A stretch of DNA of 64,000 nt. Source: a virus. Of this stretch, positions 54,443-64,000 are shown one piece after another (position 1 is the stretch's first letter; every line of letters starts with the position of its first letter). Location: positions 1-64,000 of IMG/VR virus record IMGVR_UViG_3300035703_000021; one strand, given 5' to 3'. A program made the position numbers and the translations under genes. The notes under the pieces are model-generated. The model was not told the DNA's origin, did no database searches, and saw only the letters and a list, made by a program, of their open reading frames with translations.

Positions 54443-55006
54443 TTATGTCTCAGGGATCGAACTCACCCAAAGTAGTCTTCCGATCCACTCAGCGCTTGGA
54501 CCGAAAGAGCACAGTTCTACGAGGATTTTTCTTCCTTGGGTTTTGTAGAAATCAATAGGATTGTCAGCTTCAAGATTAAGCTGATCGGCATCTCCGCCCC
54601 AGGTCACCATCGTCGCTCCTAGCTTCCAAGTCGTGTCGGCTCCCCAGTTCACCGGGTAGTCGAAGTAGGTCTGGAAGCTCTGGAGCGGATTCTGGACGAA
54701 CCTGAGCAGAATTCGCTGCTGTCTGTAGAAGCCTGGAGGAATGTCCAACGGATTCGTGTTCGCGATCGGAAGATTATCCGCGGTCGTAACATCGACATCC
54801 AAGTAGTTGGAGTAGAGCAACGGGCCTATGGGGGAGTTCTTCACCGCTCCGCCCAGCTCCACAGGAGTGCCGATAGAGTCACCGGCCCACATCCTTCCGT
54901 CCGCAACGTTAACGCAGACCTCGCCCTCGCTGAGGTCGCCAATGAAAGGCTCCTCGCCAGGAAGTGAGGCTGTTATCTGCTGGAGAGTCGCTTCCGCCAT
55001 TAACAA
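54443..55006 (-). CDS. Tail fibre-associated protein
   Basis: LSEGEVCVNVADGRMW motif. Confidence 0.6.
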   Translation of the reverse strand: MLMAEATLQQITASLPGEEPFIGDLSEGEVCVNVADGRMWAGDSIGTPVELGGAVKNSPIGPLLYSNYLDVDVTTADNLPIANTNPLDIPPGFYRQQRILLRFVQNPLQSFQTYFDYPVNWGADTTWKLGATMVTWGGDADQLNLEADNPIDFYKTQGRKILVELCSFGPSAEWIGRLLWVSSIPET

Positions 55007-55024
55007 CGAACAATGTGTCTGATA

Positions 55025-55054
55025 ACCTTTAACCTACCTTTCGCGGTTTAAATT
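55025..55054. promoter_or_regulatory. Divergent late-type promoter pair
   Basis: GGTTAAAGG on minus strand; GGTTTAAAT on plus strand. Confidence 0.5.
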
Positions 55055-55068
55055 ATAAATAGACACAG

Positions 55069-56118
55069 GTGGTTTCGGCTTTGAAAACAGGGTACGTCAC
55101 AAACAGTTTTAGCACGCTAGGCGGACTAGCCTCGGTAGCCTATGGCGACCCCGAGTACTTTCGCGAGGTGCAGAACCAAGTCTACGCCCAGTCTCCGACA
55201 AGGTTTCTGGATATGCACAGGCCCTCCGCTGTGGTGGCAGACTTCTTTGGATCCTCGGAGAGAATCGTGCGAGAGATAATGGCCGCTTTGGAGTCTAGGT
55301 ATCAGACCGACTCCGTGTTCTCGGACTACGTGGATATAGAGTTCGGAGCGGATTGGAGAGACGTGCTGGAGGATAGAATCAGCGTCGAATTCTTCCTGGT
55401 CGTTGACGCTCAGGAAACCTACAACCTGACAATGTCCGACTACCTTGGAGTGACTTTCTCCAACGTCCTTCCGCTTTTCCCAGACGTCCGATCCCTGTCC
55501 GCTGGAGTGCTGGAGAGGCTGCAGGATCTCGCGGATGTGGGGGAGGATGTCCAACTTATCTCCAGAGTGGCGTCCAACAACCCACAGACGAAACTCTCCG
55601 TTCCTCCTCTGGACTCACGTGTGGATCTTGAGAGCTCGGTGGATCTAGGATCGGATTACAGAGGCGTTGAGTTCACCCTGGGTTACATAACTCCTCAGGA
55701 ATACTGGAAGGACGTAGCCTACCCAGGATTGACCAGCGCGGTTATTCCTACGGCTCTGCGAGATAGCATAAACCAGGGGTACGTAGGGTACTCCTCACAG
55801 ACACCGTTGGAGGCTCTATTCAATCCTGTCGGTGCTCAATCCGTATCCAGCACCGATCTCCCTGTAGAGAGTACATCTCCGACAAATTCTCCGGCCTCGT
55901 ATCTGAACCAGTTCCCAGAGCAGCTTCAAGCCGATAAGGACGTATATTCGATCTCGCTGATGGGAGAGACTCTCAATGGCTACACAACCTTCGACCCAGC
56001 GACCATGTCCAATGGTGACCTGATCGATCAGAGCCAAGTTCCGCAATTCGAGGAGGAGAATGCGGATCCACTGGGTGGTTTGACATCCTCATCCAGAAAC
56101 TTTACAACCGCATTCTAA
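55069..56118 (+). CDS. Baseplate protein with LysM/tail-X-like N-terminus
   Basis: TLGGLASVAYGDPEYFREV. Confidence 0.6.
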   Translation: MVSALKTGYVTNSFSTLGGLASVAYGDPEYFREVQNQVYAQSPTRFLDMHRPSAVVADFFGSSERIVREIMAALESRYQTDSVFSDYVDIEFGADWRDVLEDRISVEFFLVVDAQETYNLTMSDYLGVTFSNVLPLFPDVRSLSAGVLERLQDLADVGEDVQLISRVASNNPQTKLSVPPLDSRVDLESSVDLGSDYRGVEFTLGYITPQEYWKDVAYPGLTSAVIPTALRDSINQGYVGYSSQTPLEALFNPVGAQSVSSTDLPVESTSPTNSPASYLNQFPEQLQADKDVYSISLMGETLNGYTTFDPATMSNGDLIDQSQVPQFEEENADPLGGLTSSSRNFTTAF

Positions 56119-57401
56119 TGGCTAACATCTACGGTCCCATACTTCCGCTACAGCTTGACAGCAGAAATACTGAGGCTTTGGTGCGAGCCATTCAGACTCG
56201 CATATACCTGGAGTCCGGTGGGCAGCTCAACGACTTTACGCCCTCCTCACCACTTTCGGCCATTAGCGAGGGCCAAGCGTTCGCTCAGGCCGAGCTACTC
56301 TACTACTTGAATAATCTCCCTGAGGCTTTTAGTCTGCAGTGGTTGAGGCAGCTCGGCGTGCAGAGGAAGATCGGAAGCAGGGCGCTGGTCGATGTGACTT
56401 TCTACAAGGTACCGGGTTACCAGAGACCGCTGATAATCCCCAAGGGGACAAAACTCGTTGCCAGTGGCGGGCAGGTTTTTGTAACACTCGAGGAGGTTAG
56501 GGTGCTGGAGTCGCAGTTCTCTGCGTCAGCATCCTGTCAGTCCGAGAGGTGGGGCCAAGCCTACAACGTTGGGGCTGGTGAGATAAATAAGATCGAGAGG
56601 AATTTTGCTGGGTTGGAGTTTCTTAGGAACGAGTCCTCCGCGGTGGGAGGCACCGATACCGAGTCTGTATCCCAGATGAAGCAGAGAGCGTTCGAAGTTC
56701 TCAGCAGGAGAAATCTTACTACCTCAGCGGACTTTGAAAACGAAGTTAGAACCCTGGTTCCGGAGACGAGCATTGTTAAGGTTCTCACTTACGAGGAGAG
56801 AAATAATCTCTCCGAGGCGTTCTCCGGCAATGTTGTTATCTGTGTAGGCGACCAGAATGGAGGCGCGCTCAGCTCTTCCAACCTCTCCTACCTAGTCAGC
56901 TCTATGAAACCGAGAGTGACCATAGGAACTAACATCTCCTTTATCTCCCCTGACGTTGTTCCTGTAGATCTCAGAGTGCAGTTGTACTACGACCCAGCCA
57001 CGACGGAGGGGGGCGCTGACTTTCTAGCGTCACAAGTGCTAGAGGCGATGAGAACGTACTTAGACCCGCAGAACCTCTCACTAGGTTCCGATCTTTCCTA
57101 CCAGGATATGCTCAAGATCCTGTACTCCTTTGACTTTGTGGACTCGGTTAATCGGCTGGATGTTCTGAGCATGCTTAAGAACCCCGCTGTTATCGAGGGA
57201 TTCTGCGCTGGGTTCTCCGGCGAGGAGACCGATGACGGGTGCGACTACGAGTACATCGGGGCCGTAGATGAGGATAATCAGATTCAGACGGCGTTCTCCT
57301 CCATCTCGTCGTATAAGCTTTACAGAGCCCAGATAGCTTTTATCTCAGTCAAGGATTCCTCCCCTCTGACCTTCTACTATGAAAACCTGTACACCCCATG
57401 A
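56118..57401 (+). CDS. Baseplate J-like wedge protein
   Basis: DFTPSSP, IPKGT, G..YNV, GGTDTES, T..DFE. Confidence 0.9.
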   Translation: MANIYGPILPLQLDSRNTEALVRAIQTRIYLESGGQLNDFTPSSPLSAISEGQAFAQAELLYYLNNLPEAFSLQWLRQLGVQRKIGSRALVDVTFYKVPGYQRPLIIPKGTKLVASGGQVFVTLEEVRVLESQFSASASCQSERWGQAYNVGAGEINKIERNFAGLEFLRNESSAVGGTDTESVSQMKQRAFEVLSRRNLTTSADFENEVRTLVPETSIVKVLTYEERNNLSEAFSGNVVICVGDQNGGALSSSNLSYLVSSMKPRVTIGTNISFISPDVVPVDLRVQLYYDPATTEGGADFLASQVLEAMRTYLDPQNLSLGSDLSYQDMLKILYSFDFVDSVNRLDVLSMLKNPAVIEGFCAGFSGEETDDGCDYEYIGAVDEDNQIQTAFSSISSYKLYRAQIAFISVKDSSPLTFYYENLYTP

Positions 57402-59512
57402 ATCTCTCGAGTTGGAATAGTGTAAGAGCACCAGGGAGACGCAATCCAGCGCTTCTGCCCGCCCACGTGATCGTAGAGTTCGAAAGAACTAAGCAGAATA
57501 AGATATTCGCTCACAAGCTCGGCAATGTTAATTTCTCTCGCGCGAAGGATATTAACGCCGAGAGACAGAAGGTCGTAGACTATGAGATTGATAATCTGAC
57601 CACCAACGGCTTCGTGTTCAAAAATGTGGGGCACGTATACTCAGAGGAGCTCGTGACACCCGACAGCGGCTCCTACTCCTACGAGATACTGGCCCATGGT
57701 CATCCGCTCGGAGGCACCGAGCATGGGGGTATGGAGTCGTGCTCCAGAGAGGGCCTGGAGTGCGCTGGGGGCGAGGGTACAGATTCCCTATGTAATCCGG
57801 GCAAGTGCGTTATAGGAACTCTTGAGAGAGTCAGCGGGTCGAAGTGGAAGTACACCTCAGCAAACACGTACGGAGATGATGACCTCCCGCTCACTTACTA
57901 CCTCCCTGCTTCCGAATCGGTGAGGCTCCGGACAGTGACTAGAGGCAACCATGCAACCTACTCATCCACCGGCGCCGCTAGCACGATTCAGATCACCAGG
58001 CCGGCGAGCATTTCGTCGACGATCTTTTTACCACCCAAGTTCTACTTCTCTGAGGATTTTATCGACTCCGCGTTGATCCGCATAGACGAAAGGCTGAACA
58101 GTGTGGCTCAAAGCCCGCAGTCTAACGTAATCGGGATAGAAGACAGAAAGACCAGGTTCGTTCAGAAGATCATATCCTCCTCCTACTACGGCGCTTCGGA
58201 GACGTACTTAAACGAGAAGCTGTACTCCACCGCCACTGAGGAGATCAGAGATACTCTAGTGGAGGCGTTTGAGGATATAGACGAGAAGTGGAAGGAGAGG
58301 TGCCTTAGTGTCATAGACGAGGAGTTCTTGTACAGATTCGCTAGGATCTATAATGGCCTGGATTTTATCTCCGTGGTTTTTGACAGAGTAAAGGAACTCT
58401 TCGACTCCATCATCCAAGTCACCAAGAGTTCGATAAGGATGGCGTCGCTCGAGTACGAAAAAGAACTCATATCGAGGCCCGTCTACTCCAGGCTGCCTGG
58501 GATCTCCGAGGGCTACAGATCCGACCCAGCTTTCTCCGACGTGGAGACCCCTGCGCAGTGGCTGACCTCGGGCGTTGACGAGTTTCTATCCAAAAAGAAG
58601 GATTCCATAGCATCCTTCTACGCTGACTACCTCGATCCGGATTCTTGCAATCCCGCCCTACTGGACTGGTTGGCTCAGCACGTCGGGCTCTTCGGAGGTC
58701 TGTGGAACCCGGAGTGGGATGTAGAGGTGAAGAGAGCCATGCTTCGCAACGCGTTCGGCTGGTGGGATAGAGCCGCGAGCGTGAATCTGCCGGGAGAGGG
58801 CGATGTTCTCACGCCAAAGGGTGAGGCGTTGAGCAAGTTTCCGTTCAATAGCTCTGACTGGGTGGCGAGTTCCGCGTCCAACTTCCTCAACATCAAGCTC
58901 GACGAGATCGGAGTTATAAGAATCAACCAGGGAGAGGTGCAGTCTTCCTCTGAGATCGTAAGAACAAAGACGTTCTCTTCTACGACGAACAAGGTAACGG
59001 TGGGAACCGTCTCGTCGCCTAAGGTGGATAAGTCGCTCTGGAACGGCCTCATAGAGGCGAAAGGAAGCCTGCTTGGAGCTTTCTTCCTGTGTTCCGTGTT
59101 TGGGTTAAAGTCCCATAGTCCTCTTGAGCTTCGTGTTGTTGACGCTAATCGCGGCATTCTTCAGCCGAGAACGGGCCTTCGGGAGTCGGAGATACAGGCC
59201 CCAACACTGATCCCTTACAAGCAGGATGTTATTCAGGTCGGTACCCTATCCGACGCAGCGATAGGTAACTTCAACAATCAGCTCGTTGCTGATGTAAGCC
59301 TGGCCAGTAGCACCGAGGGTAGCCGCAATGTCTTCTTCAGAGTCCCCTACTACTATAACAGGGACGGGAAGTCGTGGGACCGAGTATCCTACATCGCGTC
59401 CAACTGGATGCCTTCCAATCTCAACGTGAGAGTCCAGTACGCCTACCTCTCCGCCGATCTGTGGGCGGTGGGGGACGCTTTCTTCGAAGCGAAAGTAATC
59501 ATCACTGGGTAA
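57398..59512 (+). CDS. Baseplate wedge protein (P2 gpI-like domain)
   Basis: YLDPDSC..LLDWLAQHVG..W; KGS. Confidence 0.8.
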   Translation: MNLSSWNSVRAPGRRNPALLPAHVIVEFERTKQNKIFAHKLGNVNFSRAKDINAERQKVVDYEIDNLTTNGFVFKNVGHVYSEELVTPDSGSYSYEILAHGHPLGGTEHGGMESCSREGLECAGGEGTDSLCNPGKCVIGTLERVSGSKWKYTSANTYGDDDLPLTYYLPASESVRLRTVTRGNHATYSSTGAASTIQITRPASISSTIFLPPKFYFSEDFIDSALIRIDERLNSVAQSPQSNVIGIEDRKTRFVQKIISSSYYGASETYLNEKLYSTATEEIRDTLVEAFEDIDEKWKERCLSVIDEEFLYRFARIYNGLDFISVVFDRVKELFDSIIQVTKSSIRMASLEYEKELISRPVYSRLPGISEGYRSDPAFSDVETPAQWLTSGVDEFLSKKKDSIASFYADYLDPDSCNPALLDWLAQHVGLFGGLWNPEWDVEVKRAMLRNAFGWWDRAASVNLPGEGDVLTPKGEALSKFPFNSSDWVASSASNFLNIKLDEIGVIRINQGEVQSSSEIVRTKTFSSTTNKVTVGTVSSPKVDKSLWNGLIEAKGSLLGAFFLCSVFGLKSHSPLELRVVDANRGILQPRTGLRESEIQAPTLIPYKQDVIQVGTLSDAAIGNFNNQLVADVSLASSTEGSRNVFFRVPYYYNRDGKSWDRVSYIASNWMPSNLNVRVQYAYLSADLWAVGDAFFEAKVIITG

Positions 59513-59513
59513 T

Positions 59514-62450
59514 ATGGGATTTTTCGACGAACTTCAGCAGCTCAAGGAGCTAAGCTCTCGCACCTCGGAAGCGATGGGAGGGGTGTACTCCGACCCGTTC
59601 AATGAGATCGCCGCGGTTATATCCGTGTCCGATCCCAAGAAGCTCGGTAGGGTCAAGGTCGAGTATCAAGATGGCACGACTAGCGACTGGGTGTACGTGC
59701 TGGGAAGCGGCAAAGGATTGCTTAGTGCCCAGCTCATCGGCTCGTCGTGCCTGATCGGCAAAGCCCACGGCAACTCCGGAGACGCGTTCGTATTAGGGTT
59801 CTTTAACAAGAATCCGAATGTGTCGTCGGGTGGCGCGCCGCTCCAACTCACTTTACTCGACGAGCAAGTAGACTCGTACAGAGCGCCCCAGTCCCCAGGC
59901 AAACGGGGTGACCAGGGCCTGAGATGCAATAAGGGCAATGCTGGTCGCATCTACCTCCTCCAGAACGAGACCAACCACGACGTTGTCGTCTGCATGAGAC
60001 GCAATAACCCACAGGAAGGAGGGGGAGAAGTCTGGAACTGGAAGTCACTAACTGGTGGTAAGTGGATCGAGAAAGGTTTTGATCCTGGAGTCTCCAGCCC
60101 CACCATCACAGACTACTCGGAGAAAAAAGGAATCCCCGAGTGTAGTCAGGCAATGGACGGGGATGTTAGGGACTTTGCGGAGGATAGAAAGTTTAGAACG
60201 TTCCAGATTAAGTGCGGTAAAGACGAGAACGGTACTTATAATTGGAAACCGGTCGGGGCCCCTCCTGTGCAAATTAGGCGAACTTTGCCCCCATGCACGG
60301 AAAGGACTCACGGGATAACTGCGGTGCTTGACGAGGGACTTAACTCCCAACACGTTGTCTGCTTACGGTACCAAGGACAGATGAAGTGGGTCAACGCTGG
60401 AAAGAGGGAGCCTATACAGTTTCATAGGCAGGACCCGCCTATGACAAAAGAGGAGTTTCTGAATAGTAAGAAGCCCGTACCCGCTTTCAAGGAATCCTCG
60501 GGCATGGGTGCCAATGATTACGTAGGCAATTCAGCGGCTCAGGTGCTTCAAGCCGCGGCAAAAGCCATCCCGGCAGCGATTCCGACAACACCTCTCGGAG
60601 CCGCTCTTAAAGCAGCCAACGCGCTCTCCGGGGCGTTCGATGGAGCTAAGTTGCTCAGCGATATCGCCAAGACCGTTATTGTTAATAACGGCACGGTGCC
60701 TGTGGATAGCCTAGTATCCCAGATCTCCTCCGCTCTGAACAGCGGCGGGGTTATCGATGACAGCACATCGGCCGTCCTGAGCACTCTCGGTGGGGTGGGC
60801 GCTGAGCTTCTCAGAGGTACGCAGAATGGTACGGTAGATTCAGCGCTGGAGAATATAGGTCGGCGAGCGCTCAACCAGAGCATCAGAGCCTTGTCTCCCG
60901 AGGCTTCGAGCGTTTACTTTGGGTACATGGCCGGCGGGATCGCTGGGGCGATGGACGCTACTGCGGCTCTAAAGCTTCCGTTCATACCCGAGGAAGTTGC
61001 GAGTATTATAAAACCCGCTCTCAGTATTGGAGCGTCAGTCGTGAGGCTACAGCCCAAGGCCGTGAGCTCGATGGTGAATAGCTCGGTCGGAGCCTCCGGA
61101 TCCCAGTCGCTTAACGACGCGATCGCCACCGTGTCCGGAGTTGCCCTAGCCACTCCGCAGTTAGCCACAGAGATTGTCGGGGCGATGAACTCCGGCGACC
61201 TAGGCAAGGTGGCGCAGTCTCTAGGATCTTTCTCCAACCTGGCCACTATGGCAAAGTTAGGTGGCGATCTATCTAATGTCCCCCAGATGGCATCGACCGC
61301 GCTTGAAGTGGTAGGCTTGGGAAGTGAGTTTATCAAAGCTTTCGAGGGAGGCATCTCGCTGGATGAGATCAGCGGGCTGCTCGGATCAAACCCCATAACA
61401 GGACTGCTTTCAGGCTTGGCTAAAGGCCTGGGGATTGGCGGAAGTGGAGGGGATTGCCCATGTGACCCTAAGTGCAGAAAGACGGAGCATTTTGAAGACT
61501 CAGATGGTAATGCACTTTTAGAAAAATGCGGAAACGTGGTGGCAAACAGCCACAGCTCGTACGCTCCCGAGGGTGATCCTACCGACAACAACAACAACAC
61601 GGTGGCTAAAGTCCTCGACCTGATCCCCACAAAGCTTGGAGAGGAGCTCTGCGTCCCTAACAACTTTGATCTCACTCAACTCATTCAGAATGTTAAACGG
61701 TTGAATGAGATGGCGGATAGGTTAGATAGCGCTAGAAACGCGGACTGGCCCGAACTCTGGACCGAGATGATGTACACCTTCGAGACCATCGAGAAAGCGT
61801 TCAAGCAGGCGGACAATAACATCACCAAAGTCGAGTCGGTGGAGAGGAAACTGATAGACGCGCAGTACAGGCTGATCAACAAACTCATGGTGGGAAATGG
61901 ATCATTTTTCTCAAAAACGCTTCTGAGCATTATAGAGACCTCTAAGGCTATACGAGATACTTATAACTACGTAAAGAGACTCGATAACGCCAAGAATGGA
62001 GGTAGGGTGGGCGTGGTAGCCACCGATAGCCTTCTCAACGTATTCAAAAATATCACCAGAATAGCCGCACTTAACTCCCTATCTAAGAAAGAAGCCAACT
62101 ATATCACGTCAAACTTCATATCCAAAGCGGACAAGGAGTGGAAGTCACTGGAGCCTGGAGGTGGTCTTGTCGATATCACGAGCTTTGTTCTCGGCCTTAT
62201 TCCCATCGACGTACCTCCAGTGTTTGACAAGTGCCTAACAAAAAGGGATAAGAGTAAGGCTCTTAATGACTCCCTATCCGCGAAGATAAACTCACCCACC
62301 CCTCCTCAACCGGAGTCACTATTCGACTCTAAATTGCCCAGTTACTTAACCTCACCGCAGGCTAGGGCCGATAACCCCAGTCTAGGATCCCTCCTCGATC
62401 AGATCACCTACCAACAGAACCGAGCCCAAACCGGCGAGGCGGAATGCTAA
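59514..62450 (+). CDS. Baseplate hub/spike protein (gp5/gpV OB-fold N-terminus)
   Basis: V.SVSDPKKLGRVKV..SDW..G..FVLG. Confidence 0.75.
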   Translation: MGFFDELQQLKELSSRTSEAMGGVYSDPFNEIAAVISVSDPKKLGRVKVEYQDGTTSDWVYVLGSGKGLLSAQLIGSSCLIGKAHGNSGDAFVLGFFNKNPNVSSGGAPLQLTLLDEQVDSYRAPQSPGKRGDQGLRCNKGNAGRIYLLQNETNHDVVVCMRRNNPQEGGGEVWNWKSLTGGKWIEKGFDPGVSSPTITDYSEKKGIPECSQAMDGDVRDFAEDRKFRTFQIKCGKDENGTYNWKPVGAPPVQIRRTLPPCTERTHGITAVLDEGLNSQHVVCLRYQGQMKWVNAGKREPIQFHRQDPPMTKEEFLNSKKPVPAFKESSGMGANDYVGNSAAQVLQAAAKAIPAAIPTTPLGAALKAANALSGAFDGAKLLSDIAKTVIVNNGTVPVDSLVSQISSALNSGGVIDDSTSAVLSTLGGVGAELLRGTQNGTVDSALENIGRRALNQSIRALSPEASSVYFGYMAGGIAGAMDATAALKLPFIPEEVASIIKPALSIGASVVRLQPKAVSSMVNSSVGASGSQSLNDAIATVSGVALATPQLATEIVGAMNSGDLGKVAQSLGSFSNLATMAKLGGDLSNVPQMASTALEVVGLGSEFIKAFEGGISLDEISGLLGSNPITGLLSGLAKGLGIGGSGGDCPCDPKCRKTEHFEDSDGNALLEKCGNVVANSHSSYAPEGDPTDNNNNTVAKVLDLIPTKLGEELCVPNNFDLTQLIQNVKRLNEMADRLDSARNADWPELWTEMMYTFETIEKAFKQADNNITKVESVERKLIDAQYRLINKLMVGNGSFFSKTLLSIIETSKAIRDTYNYVKRLDNAKNGGRVGVVATDSLLNVFKNITRIAALNSLSKKEANYITSNFISKADKEWKSLEPGGGLVDITSFVLGLIPIDVPPVFDKCLTKRDKSKALNDSLSAKINSPTPPQPESLFDSKLPSYLTSPQARADNPSLGSLLDQITYQQNRAQTGEAEC

Positions 62451-64000
62451 TGAACAAAAAAGAACTCAAGCAGGAAAAAGAACAAGTCATCGAGATGGAG
62501 AAGAGCATCAAGTCTCTCTCCGCGTCCGACAAGCAGGAGCTTCTCAGGCTTAAGTGCCGCACCGACTTTCTCACCTTCGCGAGGTACATCACCTCCGAGG
62601 TGCCGATCGCGGGCAAATTCACACCATTCAAAGTCCATCACGTCATCGGCGACTTCCTACAGCATATCGGTGACGGCGAGAAGAACTACAAGCAGTCGGC
62701 CATCTCCCTACCTCCACGTACCGGAAAGTCGTTGCTCATCTCCAAAATCTTCCCAGCGTGGCAGATGGGCCGGAGCCCTACAGCGCAGTTTATCATGAGC
62801 TCCTACGCCCTTCAGCTGACGAATGAGAACTCGCGTGCCGTCATCGAGTACATCTCCCACGAGCAGTTTAAGTGGCTCTTTCCGGAGTGCGAGATCGACC
62901 GAGATAAATGTAACCTGAGCGCCATACGCAACAACAACGGCGGGCTGATTAAGATCGCCTCGGCCGGCGGTAGTGTGACGGGTTTTGGTTTTGGAGTGAT
63001 CAGCGACGACGATCTGCCGGGAGTGGGTATTCTGGACGACCTTCTGGCGGACGGTAACTCCGCCACCATCATGGAGACGACCTTTGCCTGGACTCAGGCC
63101 CAGTTCCTCACCCGTGGACTTCCCAACCACGCCATCATCTCCATGGGCACGAGGTTCCACGTCGATGATGTGATCGGCCGGTTGCTTAAGGCCGACCCCG
63201 AGGGCTGGAGAGAGCTTAATGTTCCGGCTCTGTGCGTCGACGAGGACAACGACGTTCTAGAGCGGAAGCTCGGGGAGTCGCATTGGCCCGAGTTCTTCCC
63301 CGTGGAGAACCTGGAAGCGGTTAAGAAATCCATCGGTGACCGGGACTTCAACTCCCTGTACCAGGGCAGGCCGGCTGGTGAGCAGGGCGCCATCTTCAAG
63401 GAGATGTGGTTTGATTACCACGGCAAGAATCTCGGCAAGTACGCGTTCATCTACGCCACGATCGACACGGCGTACAAAGCGGATAGGATGAACGACTACA
63501 CGGCGATATGCATCTGGGGCTACGATAGGGCTCACACCAAGCTCCACCTCATCCACTACATATTGGAGCGGTTAGAGTTTCCTGACCTGGAGAAGATCTT
63601 TCCCAACCTCATCAAGCAGTGGAAGATCAGGTGTATTTACATCGAGGGGCGGGCGCAGGGAGTCCCGCTCATCCAGACTCTGAAGCGCACCGTTAATATC
63701 TCCATCAAAGAACTGGTACCAAACAAAGATAAGGTGCTGCGAGCCAACGCCATCGCTCCCATCATCGAGGACGGCGCGGTGTCCCTCTACGAGAACCTAC
63801 CCAACCTGGCCGACAGGATCTCCGAGCTTACCTCCTTCCCGTTTATCAAGAACGATGACTTTGTCGACGCTTTCGTCTACGGCGTCACAGTTTATAGAGA
63901 TGAGATAATGGGTGGTCGAACTGTTCACGGAGGGGACAGAGGGCGCCTGCCACGTCTAGTCCACGATCCCTTCTTCCAGGGAGGAAGCAGAAGGATCTCG
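62450..64000 (+). CDS. terL: Terminase large subunit (truncated by window end)
   Basis: Read manually: ISLPPRTGKS, ILDD, MGTRFHVDD, LYQGRP, IDTA, DK..RA, NDDFVDA. Confidence 0.95.
   Translation, partial: MNKKELKQEKEQVIEMEKSIKSLSASDKQELLRLKCRTDFLTFARYITSEVPIAGKFTPFKVHHVIGDFLQHIGDGEKNYKQSAISLPPRTGKSLLISKIFPAWQMGRSPTAQFIMSSYALQLTNENSRAVIEYISHEQFKWLFPECEIDRDKCNLSAIRNNNGGLIKIASAGGSVTGFGFGVISDDDLPGVGILDDLLADGNSATIMETTFAWTQAQFLTRGLPNHAIISMGTRFHVDDVIGRLLKADPEGWRELNVPALCVDEDNDVLERKLGESHWPEFFPVENLEAVKKSIGDRDFNSLYQGRPAGEQGAIFKEMWFDYHGKNLGKYAFIYATIDTAYKADRMNDYTAICIWGYDRAHTKLHLIHYILERLEFPDLEKIFPNLIKQWKIRCIYIEGRAQGVPLIQTLKRTVNISIKELVPNKDKVLRANAIAPIIEDGAVSLYENLPNLADRISELTSFPFIKNDDFVDAFVYGVTVYRDEIMGGRTVHGGDRGRLPRLVHDPFFQGGSRRIS

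Noticed and set aside
1-64000. Long antisense ORFs (e.g. 12350..13090, 16784..17635, 47156..48112, 50145..51053)
   Set aside because: Shadows of GC3-biased real genes, with no recognisable motifs
1-64000. tRNA, rRNA, CRISPR arrays, integrase, reverse transcriptase/DGR
   Set aside because: None recognised by eye; not excluded without tRNAscan and repeat finders

Overview
This 64-kb window is part of a large, GC-rich myovirus genome that probably infects a cyanobacterium. Host evidence: a Mo-nitrogenase C-terminal-domain protein, a tandem glnA-type glutamine riboswitch, Hsp20 and cyanophage-type small ORFs. Layout: 0-18 kb early/accessory genes (metallophosphoesterase, MBD4-like glycosylase, kinase, ThyX with a freestanding HNH, MoxR-type AAA and vWA genes separated by an AT-rich island); 18-24 kb Hsp20, endolysin and a cluster of putative internal-head proteins including an ADP-ribosyltransferase; 24-30 kb baseplate gp25, tape measure and tube initiator; 30-48 kb replication and nucleotide metabolism; 48-64 kb tail fibres, baseplate, spike and the large terminase (runs off the window). 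Two candidate undescribed systems stand out. (1) A dispersed cytosine-modification pathway: a thymidylate-synthase homolog with the Asn177->Asp dCMP-specificity switch in a genome that already has ThyX, a gp56-like dCTPase, a C5-methyltransferase with a degenerate SAM motif, and an MBD4-like T:G glycosylase. (2) A portable [VI]P[ED]GW peptide tag at or near the termini of at least 8 mostly unrelated, mostly late-promoter-driven proteins, including the ART and an HNH nuclease; it is a candidate capsid-packaging signal. All protein assignments come from recognising motifs by eye; no database search was run.
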